Below are positions 24,901 to 37,140 of a DNA stretch of 64,000 nucleotides, in pieces. This DNA comes from Polymyxa betae A26-41 (taxonomy: Eukaryota > Protista > Endomyxa: Phytomyxea), in NCBI GenBank assembly GCA_003693705.1, contig RBZT01000846.1:1-64000 (forward strand), read 5' to 3'. The notes beneath the pieces were generated by a model. It saw only the letters and a list, made by a program, of their open reading frames with translations. It ran no database searches and was not told where the DNA came from. The stretch's first letter is position 1; every line of letters begins with the position of its first letter. The translations under genes and the position numbers were made by a program.

Positions 24901-26371
24901 ATTGCACATTTGGGTCATCAGCAATATCCCAGGTCGCTGTCAATACCGAAGTATTCAGCGGTGAGTACTGATTGAGGTAGAGGTGTAATGAAGCCAACGC
25001 ATCGGCTGCGACCTCAACTTCTAATGGAGTCTCGGCGGAGTCGTGCGCGTTAAACACAACCATATAGTTGCGAAGCACACGGTTTAACCGTGAAGCGTCA
25101 GTGTGAGCTATCGAAGCCAGCAGCAGAAGTTCTAGGTGGCCTTTGTAGCGAGGAAACGCAGCGACTGATGTCGCTATCATTGTGGAGAACGTATCTATAT
25201 GATGTCGAGGAAACGTCTTCGCAGCAGCATACAGGAGCAAATAGAGCTTATCGAAGACGGGTCGCGATGCGGATTCCGGAACCGAATCCGAGAGGACGAA
25301 TTTGGACCTGTTCAGTGCGCTGATGGCCGCTGTACAGACTTCCCAGCATCGTTCAACGGCCCATGATGACAAATGGTGCCTATAGAACGAATGCATGTGT
25401 TGGAGAGTTCTCGTGAGCCAATCGTTCAAGGTCGACAGAGTGCTAGGAACCGAGGGCTCACCGATCGACTCCGTCTGTGGCGGTGGCAGACTTAGGTACG
25501 CAGGTGCTGGTTTTAATCTGGACTGAGATTGGCATTTAGACAAACAGAAAAAAAAACATCAATGAAGAAACGATTAATAAACTGGATAGCGTTTGATAAA
25601 CAAACACATAAATAGCAGAGCACTAGAACAAAGAAGGCTGCCTTGAGAAAGTCACATTCAGATAAGGCATAGCAGAGCGAAAAGCGAAACAATGAAATCG
25701 TTTGATACGCACCCGAGCATGGAGAGCCATTCTTCGAGGACAGATTCGCGAAATGAAGCCCGCCCTTCGTCAGTATGCTCTGAATACAAAATCGAGGGCT
25801 TAGGATAGACGACGATTTTGACTCCCGGAGACCCATCCTCCGCCTGAAGCTGCCGCAGCAACTGGTGGCGCTTCGGTACGTTATGAGCAAAATGGGGAGT
25901 CCTCGGCTGCTTTGAATGCGGCGCTAAAGGATCCGATGCGGCCAAATACGAACGAAGCAACGTCGACACTTGTTTCTGCATTGTCGTCGACATCGCGTCG
26001 CTATCCATAGCCGAGCTGGCAGCGCCGTCGTCGTCATCGTCCTGTAAAGCTGTATCCCAATCGCCTTCTGACGACGACGACCCTGAAGGCGACAAGACGC
26101 CGTTATCCGAGTCGCTTTTTGTATCATGTTCCGGGGTGATGTTCACAGCTGGGACGAGGTTCGTCACGCTCGGTCGCCAAGGCGCAAACCGACCAGAAAC
26201 TGGGTCGGATAACTCATCTAGACCCCCGAAATCACTCTCCCAGTTCTCCTTTTGGGTCGGGTCGGCCGAATATCCGACGATAGTCGTAGCCGCGACAGGG
26301 GCCAGGTTCCCCGAGCGCTTGTTCGGTCGTCGCGAGTGGCTGCCGGGGCGCTTGCCGCCCTCGTGCTGCAT
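21901..26371 (-). CDS. Large (about 1400 aa) TPR/helical-repeat protein, multi-exon
   Basis: Long exons 25658-26425, 22982-25543 and 22002-22931; TPR-like motifs (ALIAYGDILLYNGKYKYA, ISKIYAELGDFVNAEK, YLRLGQLYRSAGRFSDS). Confidence 0.7.
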
Positions 26372-26941
26372 GGGCGGCAGTCGACGAGGACGGCGATGGT
26401 GAAAGCGAGCGCCCTGCTGGATCAAGCCAGCCTTATGGCTTTAAACTCGACAACAACAGTTCGACTTCACGTTTCCCGCTCCGACAACAGCTAACAGGCC
26501 GCGCCCCCAAGTCACGACTCACCCATCTCTTATAATCTGTCTTCTCACTCATGATTCACTCTCGCTCTCTCCTTCTCTAAAATGTCGTTGGCTCCGGCGT
26601 CGTCAGCTGCTCTGGCAAGCTTCCGTACGGGGGTCGTGACCACGTTCACCGGAGTTGCATTCGCTTCTTGTCGGTTATGGTTCAGGGCTCTAATCGCTCT
26701 GAACCCATTGAGCACCGAACTGTCATCTCGATTCACAGGCGGCTGTTAGCAAGCCTCCATGAAAGGACTTTATAGATATTTAGGCCGCGTTTAGTCATCG
26801 CAAAACTATAGTCACTTTTCTGCATTCCTGCAAACACTACCGGAACTGCAATATTCCAATCTACATTCAATATCTTAGCAATAAAAAGTATACACCTCTG
26901 GACGTGTTTCCAAGCTGCGCTCATTTTCCAATGTTTATCGA

Positions 26942-28379
26942 ATGACAACAAATCCCTGGAGCAGCTTCTTAGACGATGTCGGCGTCGAGTTCCACAGTCC
27001 GTCTATATTCGACAGCAGTGCACTTACTGACCAGCTCGATCCTTTCCATGACAATACTGACGACATGATATTCGATAACTACTCTGATGCTTACATTCGT
27101 CTGGACGACGTTTCCCATGTCGCTGAGCGGATACGTGCCATTCATGAGGCTGCAATTTTCATTACTGTCGGCTGTTGTGAAATTTGATCTGTAACGTGGC
27201 AGTACATTTCTAAACTTCTGAGCCAGATTCAAAACAGGATTATATTCCGCAATTCATTCGCCATTCATGCAACTAGATCTGCCAGCCAGCTCACGACGAA
27301 ATTGTAAGGACCAGTACCGAATGCGAATAAGAAACTTCGACAGATGATGACAGATTTGGGGCTTCAGTCTCTAACCAGCATACCGGCAAGGCTTGGTATT
27401 GAACCTAATTTGAATTTGGATGAGATAAGGGAGGGATCAGCCTCAGATGCACGAGATTGGTATTGCTCCAAACTGAGATGGATGATAGACGATGGTAATT
27501 GGCTACTGATGAATCGTGGTTACGGTCTCGTTCCGTTCCTCATGGACTTGTCCCATATTGAGACAAACGCTATCACGTTTGTGAGTGGGCATCTACAGCG
27601 AGGAGCCAGCAGCAAGATGCTGCAGAACTATTTAACCACAGGTATGGTCGTATGGGTTTGTAATGTGCTCAGAATCTTGTTCCGTAACAGGCATTCAAAA
27701 TGCTGAACAATCGTTGAACAAGCTTTCAGGTGTGCTGAAGATCAGCATGGAAGTTTTAAGCAGCAGCTTCAGTGTAACAGGGAAACAAATAACCGCTTGA
27801 TCATTCTGGGTCCTCCATTGACATTCGGGGACTCTTCGTGAGTGGGCCTTACTGGTCTTAACATCATTGCCAGTTTTGCTTACGAATTCGCCTCGAAGCG
27901 ATACTCCTTATTACCAAGCTGAATCCAGCATTGGCTCGATTTTTACGGCCAAACGACAGTCGAACAAGCATGTGATGAAATCGCCACATGGATGGCCAAT
28001 GGTGGTTGTCGAGATGCAGCCGGTCGTCGCTGGATTCTCCATTTCGACTCATCTCAAGAGATCGGTTCGTGTAAGGCTTCAATCATGGCTACAAATCCTG
28101 ATGCATTTGCATTCTCACCTTCTGCCTCCCAGTTGGCTGCTGCTAACGCCCTCAGCCGTAATTTGTACAATCGGTCTACTTCAAGACAACATCAAGCCTT
28201 TGAAACTATTCAATTCGCATCGTTTTGGAACTGTAGGTCTATCCGTTTACAATAGACTGCTAGCTTGTATCAGCAAGGTGGCAAGTCGAGAGATGGGAAT
28301 TGCGTTGTGGAATCGGACACGAAGATATACAAGCTACTTTTGGATACCAAATGCCAAAAGAGTTATCTATTGTAGATAG
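26942..28379 (+). CDS. Hypothetical multi-exon protein (5' end unresolved, may extend to about 26582)
   Basis: Plus-strand ORFs at 26942, 27344 and 27867 linked by plausible GT-AG introns; no family recognised. Confidence 0.45.
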
Positions 28380-29366
28380 ATTTTGGGGTCGAACTTGCCC
28401 CCGAAAACAAACTGCCATTCTAGAGGAACCTTCCAATGAACGGATTCGGGAGATCGTTCCTTATTGGCGGTATCGCTCAAAATACGGTAGAGCAGATCAG
28501 CCTGCATAATTCCGTCAAACGAATTATCGCCTTCATTGACGAACGAGTAGATGATAGCGGTGTCGATTTGGCGCCTTTGACAGGCTAGAAACAATGGCCG
28601 CGAGAACCCGGTGCCAATAGTAGGTAGCAAAATGTCATCGACCTAAGAACCATTCTAGCCAAATAATTTACAAAAATCACAAAAAAGGAACCTTTTCCTG
28701 CTCGCGCTCATTGAAGAACTGGGTCAGATGTGAAAACAGAGATGGTTCAATCCGACCAACATCCAATTTCTGAATGGCTTTGGCCAGCGACGAACTCAGA
28801 GGCGACGCTTGAAAACCGAAAATTGCATCGGGCGAGTCGCCTTGCAGCTGACGATCTGAGCGCCTATAAGCTGGCGAGCTGGCCAGAACCAAAACCGATG
28901 CGAATCCAATCGACTCAATCCATTGGGAAACTTCTTCGCAGAACTCGTCGTGCTTTCCCTGAATTAGGAATCAGCAATCTAGGTCAGTAACAGATGAGCC
29001 TTTTATCACAATAATAACGGGTGTACGCTGCTGTACAACAGTGATACCCCATTCAGACGAATGATACACTTCCAAGGCGAGTGTCAGCTGGTTGCTGTTG
29101 GCCCCGAGATAGCCGACAAGAGGCAGTACGAATTTACTAGTTAAAATACCAATCTGCATGGAGCAGTGAGTTTTTGCAGCAAAACGCCCGAACTAATGTT
29201 CTACTTTCTTCAAATGGAACGTCTTCTCTGTGTTTATCAACAGGTCGACGCAGAGCTGCCCGACGTTCCCGATACTGACAGCAGGCTAAACAGAAGAGTG
29301 ATATTCAGAACATAGAGAGCAGAGAAAATGAAACTGGAAAACATCTAAAGCTAGAATCGTCTTCAT
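28367..29366 (-). CDS. PSMG2: Proteasome assembly chaperone 2 (PAC2), multi-exon
   Basis: PAVSIGNVGQLCVDLLI, VVQQRTP, VLASSPAYRRSDRQL, FVNEGDNSFDG and WKVPLEWQFVFG. Confidence 0.9.
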
Positions 29367-29689
29367 CAACGATGGCGAAACCAAGCGATTACCCAGATCA
29401 AAGCGGAGTTCTTCAGCAGCGACTCGGCAGCCGAACGAGATTGACCCCCTTGCGGTACAAGCTCCATCTGGAGGGCAGGCAGCAGATTGAAAGAGAAGCG
29501 ACGCCGCCAGACCACCCTCTTCCGGCAATGTAAGACAAAGGCCGGGGAACATCTCTACCTAATAGGACCCCATCACCCTAAAGCAGATCCCAAGGTGCCT
29601 TGGCTGTCTAGTAGAGCCCCATGACCCCAAACATGACCCCAGACAGTTCACATTAGTGCCTCTCTACAGACAACTGGTTGTATTATTGG

Positions 29690-30048
29690 CTAAGCAGCAG
29701 GATGTACAGGGCGTAGGCGGACGTTCTGCTGCAGCATGCGACGGCTCCAATAATTATAGAAGATAATCACAGCCGACAAGATGCAGAGGTGCCCGATGAA
29801 GACGATAGGATAGGAACGCGACCGACCGGCGAACAGAAGCGTCAGGCCCATGATGATCAACGTGATTATTCGCGCCTGATTCGTTCGGAAATCGACTCGA
29901 GGGAACCTTAACCAGCGTGAGATAGGCTTCATTTCAAAATGATTTTTATGGAGCTCGGCGTTTAGTCCGAAATTGTAAAAATCAGCCATAATCCAAGTTC
30001 GGCATCAATCATATCGTATTTCCAATTCATATCGAAGCTCCATTCCAT
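29690..30048 (-). CDS. Small hypothetical protein with two TM segments
   Basis: ORF 29690-29989 has two hydrophobic helices; a possible short first exon starts at 30048. Confidence 0.45.
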
Positions 30049-30198
30049 GAGAACAGCGTTGAGCTCTTAGCTAGCAGAAGCGATTGCAGCTGCAGCGTTT
30101 TTACACTGGGGCGATTAGGGTTTTACTAAGTGTCTATGTTACGGAGTCAGTCATGAGAGAAGGGGGCTGCGGTTCCCCTCATCTCCTCATTCGTCATC

Positions 30199-32255
30199 AT
30201 GGCATTGCTGAATCGTGTCCTGCCATGCTATTCGTCACGGTTGATGTCCAGGCGGTTTCTGTCTACGTCTGTCTCGAACCGCGACCTTGACAACATTATG
30301 AAAATGCTGGGGTTTGGAGCGACGGCTCCCGCTTTGGGCAATTCCGCCAATTATTTGACTACCAGACAAGCTGTCTCTGAGTATCTGGAAAGTGTCGCAG
30401 ATCCTTCTAAAAAAGCAGTGTATACCATGCAATTTGTTGATTCTGTTTTTTGGGATTGAGTACCGTTTTAGAGTCAGCGATTTGCAGCCGTTGACGCATG
30501 CTCAACAAGAGGAACTCAGCAAAAAGATTAAGCAATGGACAGCTAAATATCAGGAAGAATGGGAGATGAATAAACAGCTGGAAGCATCCAAAAATAAACG
30601 TCGTCAAGCTCTAGCTGATAAAGGCGACGTTATCGAATCTCAAGCTGAAAGCGATATTCGATCGGCTTTACAGCAACAAGTACCCAGCGATAATATTTTT
30701 ATACCAGTATATGAATTGCAGTTAGGAGGCTGAAAACAGACAACAACAACAGGAAGAAATTTTTGGTTTATTGCCAAGCATCGCTGAGGAATATGTTCGC
30801 AACAAAATCAACTGGGAACCAGAATATGTAAGGAATCGCTATCAAGTAACAGGAGCTTTTCTGACAATGATACAGGTGCGGTTGGAGCAAGAAGTGCAAC
30901 GCTCATTAATGAAGAAGAAAGCCCAAGAATTTGCCAAGAATTATCTGGAGAGTGACCCTTTGAGGGAATATGCAGATGCAGTCCAGAGTATATATTCTCT
31001 GCATTCTGCTGCGTTGTTGGCTAATTGCTTATTGCTTAGAAGACGAACACCCAGAACCTGTTATGATTCAACTTTCGACTCTTTTGGAGCATATCGACCC
31101 GCGGTTTGCTGTAGGCTTTTTCACAGTGAATGCAAGTCGAGTCGATTCGTTAAAATTCGTGCTTAGACCAAACTGAGGGAAACCGGGATGACCCTTGAGG
31201 ATCGTCATGTCGATATGTCCCGACCGCATGAAATCGTTAAAACTTTAACTAGTCTCGGGTATTCGGTTAACAAAGACGGCGATTTGAACGACATCAATCA
31301 CCTGACGTTTCCCTATGATGGTCTGCACTCGATTCTGTTTCCACTCTCATATGACCTTACTGGTTATAGTCAATCAAAGAGAGAATCTGATGCGTGGCTT
31401 GAGACCGAATGGGTCGCCGATGACGGATAGCGAAAAATGGCAGAAAATTCTGGAAACGCCAGAAATCTCGTCTCCGGCTTTAGACCATAAACGCAAACAG
31501 GTATACCACTGCATCAATGTGTTTTGCTCTTTGTAAACCGATGCGCTAGATTGAATATTACGTCCGCCAGCAAAGGCAAAGCAACCAGATCCCTCCATTG
31601 TCCCCTCAGCTCAATCCCGAGCTGCTGCCTGAGAATCTTCGTCCTACGATTGAAGACCTTGATCCAGATGCTAAACCCATCTTTGTCAACAAGTTTGGAC
31701 TGATGACCGTCTTCAAAGCCTGAAGTAATTGGAATTCAGGGACGTCATTCAACATACCGCATGTCCAGTTTGTCAAAAACCGAAGACCGGTTCTGGTTCT
31801 CGTAAGAAATGTGGTCTCGCGAAAGACGCTCAGGCCAACGTCACTCATACGAATGTGGAATTGCTTACCGAATTCGTTAACGAACTCGGAATGATTCTGC
31901 CAAAAAAAAAAACGCAAGTGCCGTTTTATGATGTTATCGTGTTTTTAATGGTCTTTTCAGAGGGGTTTGCTCAAAACAGCAACGGCAAGTGGCAAGATCC
32001 ATCAAGCGATCTCGGCAGGTAGATTGTTGATGAACAAGTTGGTTTTCACCATGACTAATTGGGTTTTAAGATGGGTCTAATGCCATATACAAGTAGACTT
32101 AAATTTGGTAAATCCTATGAGGTGAAAAGTTTTGCCTTGCCATCCATCTATGTCTTAACTCACTGCAGGGCCGCAATTTCGAGCTTTACAATCTGCTTCG
32201 TCGCAACAATTTATTGGACAGTCGCGTGACGAACAGTTTCTCCCCTCCGCTATGA
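30199..32255 (+). CDS. MRPS18: Mitochondrial ribosomal protein bS18m with a long N-terminal extension, multi-exon
   Basis: Arg/Ser-rich presequence; C-terminal S18 domain HTNVELLTEFVNELGMILPKKKTGVCSKQQRQVARSIKRSRQMGLMPY; exons join in frame from 30199. Confidence 0.8.
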
Positions 32256-32361
32256 TTCAATACAAGTAACAAATGGTTCAACAAATATGTTTGTGATTTC
32301 AACCAGCCCTTTTGATTGGTTTGAAGTTCCAAACATTTCCATGTTTTATATACTGTTTTAG

Positions 32362-33618
32362 TTAGCTCCAATGCGCCAAAACAGCCATCGATGCAGCTCC
32401 CATATACAGGGCGATCATGTTGTAGATCTTAAACGATTGTTTGAAGTTTCTGAACGTTTCATTATTGGTAATCTATAAGAGGTCATCATTTCGATTTGCA
32501 TTCAATGACCAATAGCATACCTCATTAGCAAGTAATTCTGCATAAGTGGTATACATTAAGATTCCAGCCCTGGCAACTCAATAAGCCCTAATATAGCATC
32601 TGACCTGATTCTTACGATAGCGAATTGAAGATTCCTTCTGCTAAAATGGCGTTTTTCGCATTCTTATTGAAGTTCTGCCGAAGGAGAATGCCCACGATCA
32701 TCCCGATGGGAGTCGTCATGGGATACATAAGTCCCATGACCAAGAATTTGTAGACCGTGCTGTGATTCAGCTTTGCGATCAAAGCTCCAAGAGCCAACCC
32801 CTCAAAAAACTGATGGAAACAAACTGCAACCATGAGGACTTTGAACGTTTCGAAATCGCCGGTCACGCCCAGCGACAGCCCGATGATTAACGAATGGAAC
32901 AAGATGCCCACTTCCAAGATGATCGTTGACAATCCCCTCGATTCCTCAGGGCGCTCGTGGTGCTCGAAATGCATTGAATCGTGCCTGAGCAAGATATCTG
33001 AAAGATTACCGCTCAGGTTGTGGTCGGGAATGCGATCATCGGTTGGAGATGCAGGAGGAACACCATGCGAATGTCCATGGCCGCAGCTTAATTCGATCAG
33101 CTGGACGATGAACGACGAAGTTAAGGCGAACACGCCGACGAAAGCCGGCCCATATTCGGACCAGCCTTCCGGCAGGCATTCCGATGCGAATGATTCGAAG
33201 GCGTCTGGAATCAAATGGCACCAGCCGGTCGCAGCTATCACGCCAATTCCGAACATTTTGAGGATCTAAACAGGAGGTTCGCAGGGTTTCATTTGCTGGA
33301 CATGATTTAGACGAACCTGTAGGATTCTGGCGATGGACGGCTTGCGAGCTCGGGTTCCAAGGCTGAGCGTTGTAAAGACGCCAATGCCGGATGACACCAT
33401 CACAATGAAGATGCCAGCAACATGCCAGGCGATGGAATATTCCTCAATTTGAGCTGCTTCACATCTGTCGGATTCTGACCGACAACATCAGATCGTTAAC
33501 GGTGAGATGATGATTATCGACCTGGTGTAATCTGTATCCGATCGAGAGTATCCTGAGCTTGGGCGTAGATGCTGAACAAGGACAGACTCGCCACGGCGCC
33601 ATTCAGAAAGCTTTTCAT
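32362..33618 (-). CDS. ZIP-family Zn/Fe transporter, paralog A, 5 exons
   Basis: Signal peptide; KMFGIGVIAATGWCHLIPDAF, His-rich loop, LEVGILFHSLIIG, FHQFFEG, TTPIG and MAVLAHWS. Confidence 0.93.
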
Positions 33619-33973
33619 CAAGAGCGTTCGCGCGTAATGGGAATTAGGGCTGCTATCGAGCGATTTCCCAACCACAATGGCTTGTGCCTGTGGTCAGGAG
33701 TCATGGTCAGTAATATCATCACGCTCACGCCGGAATCGGCTATGATCGCAAGAGAAGCTTCTCTGAGGTGATCTACCCGAAGCCATTCACTTTTTTCTTA
33801 TTTTCAGATAGAACTGGTATCAATGCACCTGGCCGAAACGCACGTTTGTTTTGTACATGTTCTAAATGGTTTAATGATATCTTTAGATTTGAATAGAGAG
33901 GGGCAAAACTCGAATCCATCGTCGCGAATGTCTTCGTGGGAATCCCCGGGTCGCTGGAACTGCTGATTGAACG

Positions 33974-34450
33974 TTGAATGCAGCCGTTTCTAAAACTGAA
34001 TCCATAACCTGCTCAGAGCCTGGCAATACAAAAAGCGGTTTGCAACCTACTCTAACCTATCAAGTGAATATTGCAGTTCGATCTTCGCTAGAATGGCTTG
34101 GTATGGAAGATGACTCTGTGACGGCGTCGAATGGGAGTTGGTACGATCGGGAAGCTGCAGAAGCAGCGACTTCTACTGACAACTATAAGCTTCTACATCA
34201 ACTAAGAGTTGATAATCGAAGCTATAGCGACGGCGATACAATGACATCGTTCACCTGCTGGCAACGATGAACTATGCATACGCATTGGCAAACATCAAGC
34301 GAATTGTGATGAAAGCAGAAGCCGCCCGAACCGCTTCTTGGCTCGACTTTCCATTGTTGAAATTCGACCAGCTCAACTCGAATCAGAGCTCTGCCTGCGA
34401 CCTCTACAGTCTTATCAGATATTCAACGTTCAGATTCGCACACAGTTCAG
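33974..34450 (+). pseudogene. Degraded, frameshifted coding-like relic between the ZIP paralogs
   Basis: Two abutting ORF fragments in different frames, on the strand opposite the ZIP genes; no recognisable family. Confidence 0.25.
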
Positions 34451-34507
34451 GCAAGTTGGTTAAAAATCAACGATTTGGATGTATTTACGGATATAATAAG
34501 GTGCCCT

Positions 34508-35755
34508 CTAGGCCCAATACGCCAAGACAGCCATCGATGCAGCGCCACAATACAGAGCCAGCATGTTCATCATCTTGTATTTTGGGCGAAAGTTTTTGAA
34601 TGTCTCATTATGGTTGACCTAACCAGGAGCATTAGCGAGCGCTAAGACAAAGTACGTTGGTCGAATGCAGACCTCGGTAGACAATAACTCAGCATAAGTA
34701 TTGTATAGCAGAATACCAGCTCTACCAGAGGATGAACAAACGATAGAGGAAAGTGAACGAGACTTACGATAACGAGTTCAAGATGCCTTCCGCTAAAATC
34801 GCACCACTTGCATTTTCATTATAAGAGGTCCGAATACCGATGCCGATCATCATCCCGATCGGCGTGGTTAATGGGTAGATCAGACCCATCACGAAGAACT
34901 TGAATATGGCACCACTCTCAAGTTTTGCAATCAGGGCACCGAGAGCGAGCCCCTCGAAGAATTGATGGAAGCAGATAGCGGTCAAGAGGGTCTTGAACGT
35001 ATTGAGATCGCCGGTCACGCCTAACGATAACCCGATGATAATGGAATGAAAGATGATGCCAGCCTCTAATATCATGGTCGATATTCCTTGCGAGCGTCGA
35101 TGCGATTCGGTTTCCAATTGTAGCACTTCGCTGCCATGAGGGTGCGGGACATCGGGCTTGATAACAACCGGCGACGGCGGTGGAATGCCATGCGAATGCG
35201 TCACGCCTGCTGCTAATTCTATCGATTGCGCAATGAACGATGATGCTAATGCAAACACGCCGACAAAGGCGCCTCCGTAAGTGGCCCAGCCTTCAGGAAG
35301 GCATTCCGACGTGAACGATTCGAATGCGTCGGGAATTAAATGGCACCATCCGGTCGCAGCTATCACTCCAATTCCGAACATTTTTATGATCTAGAAGTAT
35401 GATGTTTTATTCGTGCTGCTGAATGCAATGTTGGGTTGCGCATACCTGAAGGATTCTGGCAAAGAACGGCTCATGGGCTTTTGTCCCCAGAGCGAGTGTC
35501 GAAAAGATTCCTGCTCCAGAACAGCCCAAGACGATGAAGATTCCGGCGATGTGCCAGGGCATGGAATATTCGTCAATCTGTGAGGCCTCACAAGAAGCGT
35601 CTAAAGATGCCATCAGCAGGTAACTCCCAACACTATAGATAGATCAGACCTGACGTAGCTTCGGGCAGCACCTCCGTTGAGTTAGTTTGGGCATCGCTAA
35701 AGCCACCAGCCAGCAACACTATTAACGCTATCTGATAAACCAGTTGACGTTCCAT
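34508..35755 (-). CDS. ZIP-family Zn/Fe transporter, paralog B, 5 exons
   Basis: Same motifs and the same four intron positions as paralog A; signal peptide MERQLVYQIALIVLLAGGFSDA. Confidence 0.93.
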
Positions 35756-35898
35756 TCGTATTTCGCAAAAGAACGTCCACTGGAACAAGATAAAGTTAAA
35801 AGCAGAGTAGTGCTAGCCCTTCCGGCCGCCGGCGTACTGCATTCGATCGGATCCAGGCGTACCCAAGAATCAACAGACGGATGCTGTACGATAGATGC

Positions 35899-36036
35899 AG
35901 CTCATAACTACTTGACGCGTTGTTAGATGGGCTGGATAAGCGGGGCCTCTCCCTATCTCTCTCTGTCTCTTGATTCAGCTCATGACTACGTACTTGAGGA
36001 TTGAGATAGGCGGGGCCTTTCTCTGTCTCTGGATTC
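35899..36036. repeat. Imperfect tandem duplication (AGCTCAT..ACTA..GATARGCGGGGCCT..TCTCTGTCTCT.GATTC)
   Basis: Units begin at 35899 and 35977. Confidence 0.7.
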
Positions 36037-36495
36037 GTTACAGGTTTAGGTAGGCAGACGCTTCGCCTCTCTAGGTAGTCTCTACATCGACAGGATAACG
36101 AGCTGGATAGGCCTGTTGCTTTGCCTGTTTAGTGGCGATGGCGAGGAGCCCCATTGGGTCGTGTCAGCGCGAATGAATGCACCCGCGCTTTGAATCCGAA
36201 CCGACAACTCGAGCGCAACTGGAACCGCCTTTATTAGACACCAATCTCGCTGTCTGATAAAAATTCAAACTTCCGATTTACAAAAATCAGCACTTTTAAT
36301 GCTGTGAACAGTTTTCAACAGGCCACATTTAAAAAGGCATACGATTTAATTTGACAATATATTTGCGATTCGGCCACTTTTTTGTCATAAAAACAGAATT
36401 ATCAGGAATCCTCTATTCATGCAGATGAGCACCAGTTCGAAAACTGGAATGCCTTCAAAGTTTATGATGGAAATGACCGTATAGGAGTATTACCT

Positions 36496-36584
36496 GCACG
36501 CAATGTGGAAGCAAAACTAACGTGCTAAAAAGCTACTCCTACCGTAGGCTGGATGGCACGCAATCTGGAAGCAAAACTAATGTG
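36496..36584. repeat. 29-nt direct repeat with a 60-nt period
   Basis: GCACGCAATGTGGAAGCAAAACTAACGTG at 36496 versus GCACGCAATCTGGAAGCAAAACTAATGTG at 36556. Confidence 0.9.
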
Positions 36585-37107
36585 AAAATTAGATCAAGAT
36601 CTGTGGGCTTTGTCGGATTCCGTCACAGCCTTCGGGTCCTGGAGCCCAGAATTCTATTGAATTGAAGCATTCTGGTTACAGCTTGCAACGGCTACGCGTG
36701 ATTCGTAGAATCGAGACGAGTGCTACAGCGATACTGAAGTTACTTCAATTACGGCATTCGTCGCTGGAGGCAACAGCAGCACGTACTGAGATCATCTTGA
36801 GTCCTTTGTTCTTCCGGGTTGGATGCTTCTCAACCACAACGCCTTAGCTGTTTCTCAACTTGATATATTCAGCCGTCTGGAACAGTGACTTAATTCATAG
36901 AATCAGGTCAGGAGACTCTGCTTTCAGGCGAACGTTGTCTTGAAGAAACACGAATTTGAAAAAATTCCATAGTTGTTAAGACGCTGTCTGTTATGAACCA
37001 ACTCTTACAGTATAAAAGATACAACTATGGGGATGGAATTGAATGGATTGGATTTTCTAGTTTGTTGATTTTGTCAACGGGCGGCGCGGTGACCCTCGCG
37101 CAAGGCA

Positions 37108-37140
37108 GGTAGATATTGAGGCGAAGCCTCAATATCTACC
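37108..37140. repeat. Perfect 15-bp inverted repeat with a GAA loop
   Basis: GGTAGATATTGAGGC-GAA-GCCTCAATATCTACC. Confidence 0.97.

Noticed and set aside
26582-26940. Possible non-canonical (GA-AG) introns needed to link ATG 26582 to the downstream gene
   Set aside because: No protein homology fixes the frame, so the junctions would be guesswork.
36496-36584. CRISPR-like repeat-spacer-repeat (29-nt repeat, 31-nt spacer)
   Set aside because: Only two imperfect copies, no cas genes and a eukaryotic context; better explained as a tandem duplication.
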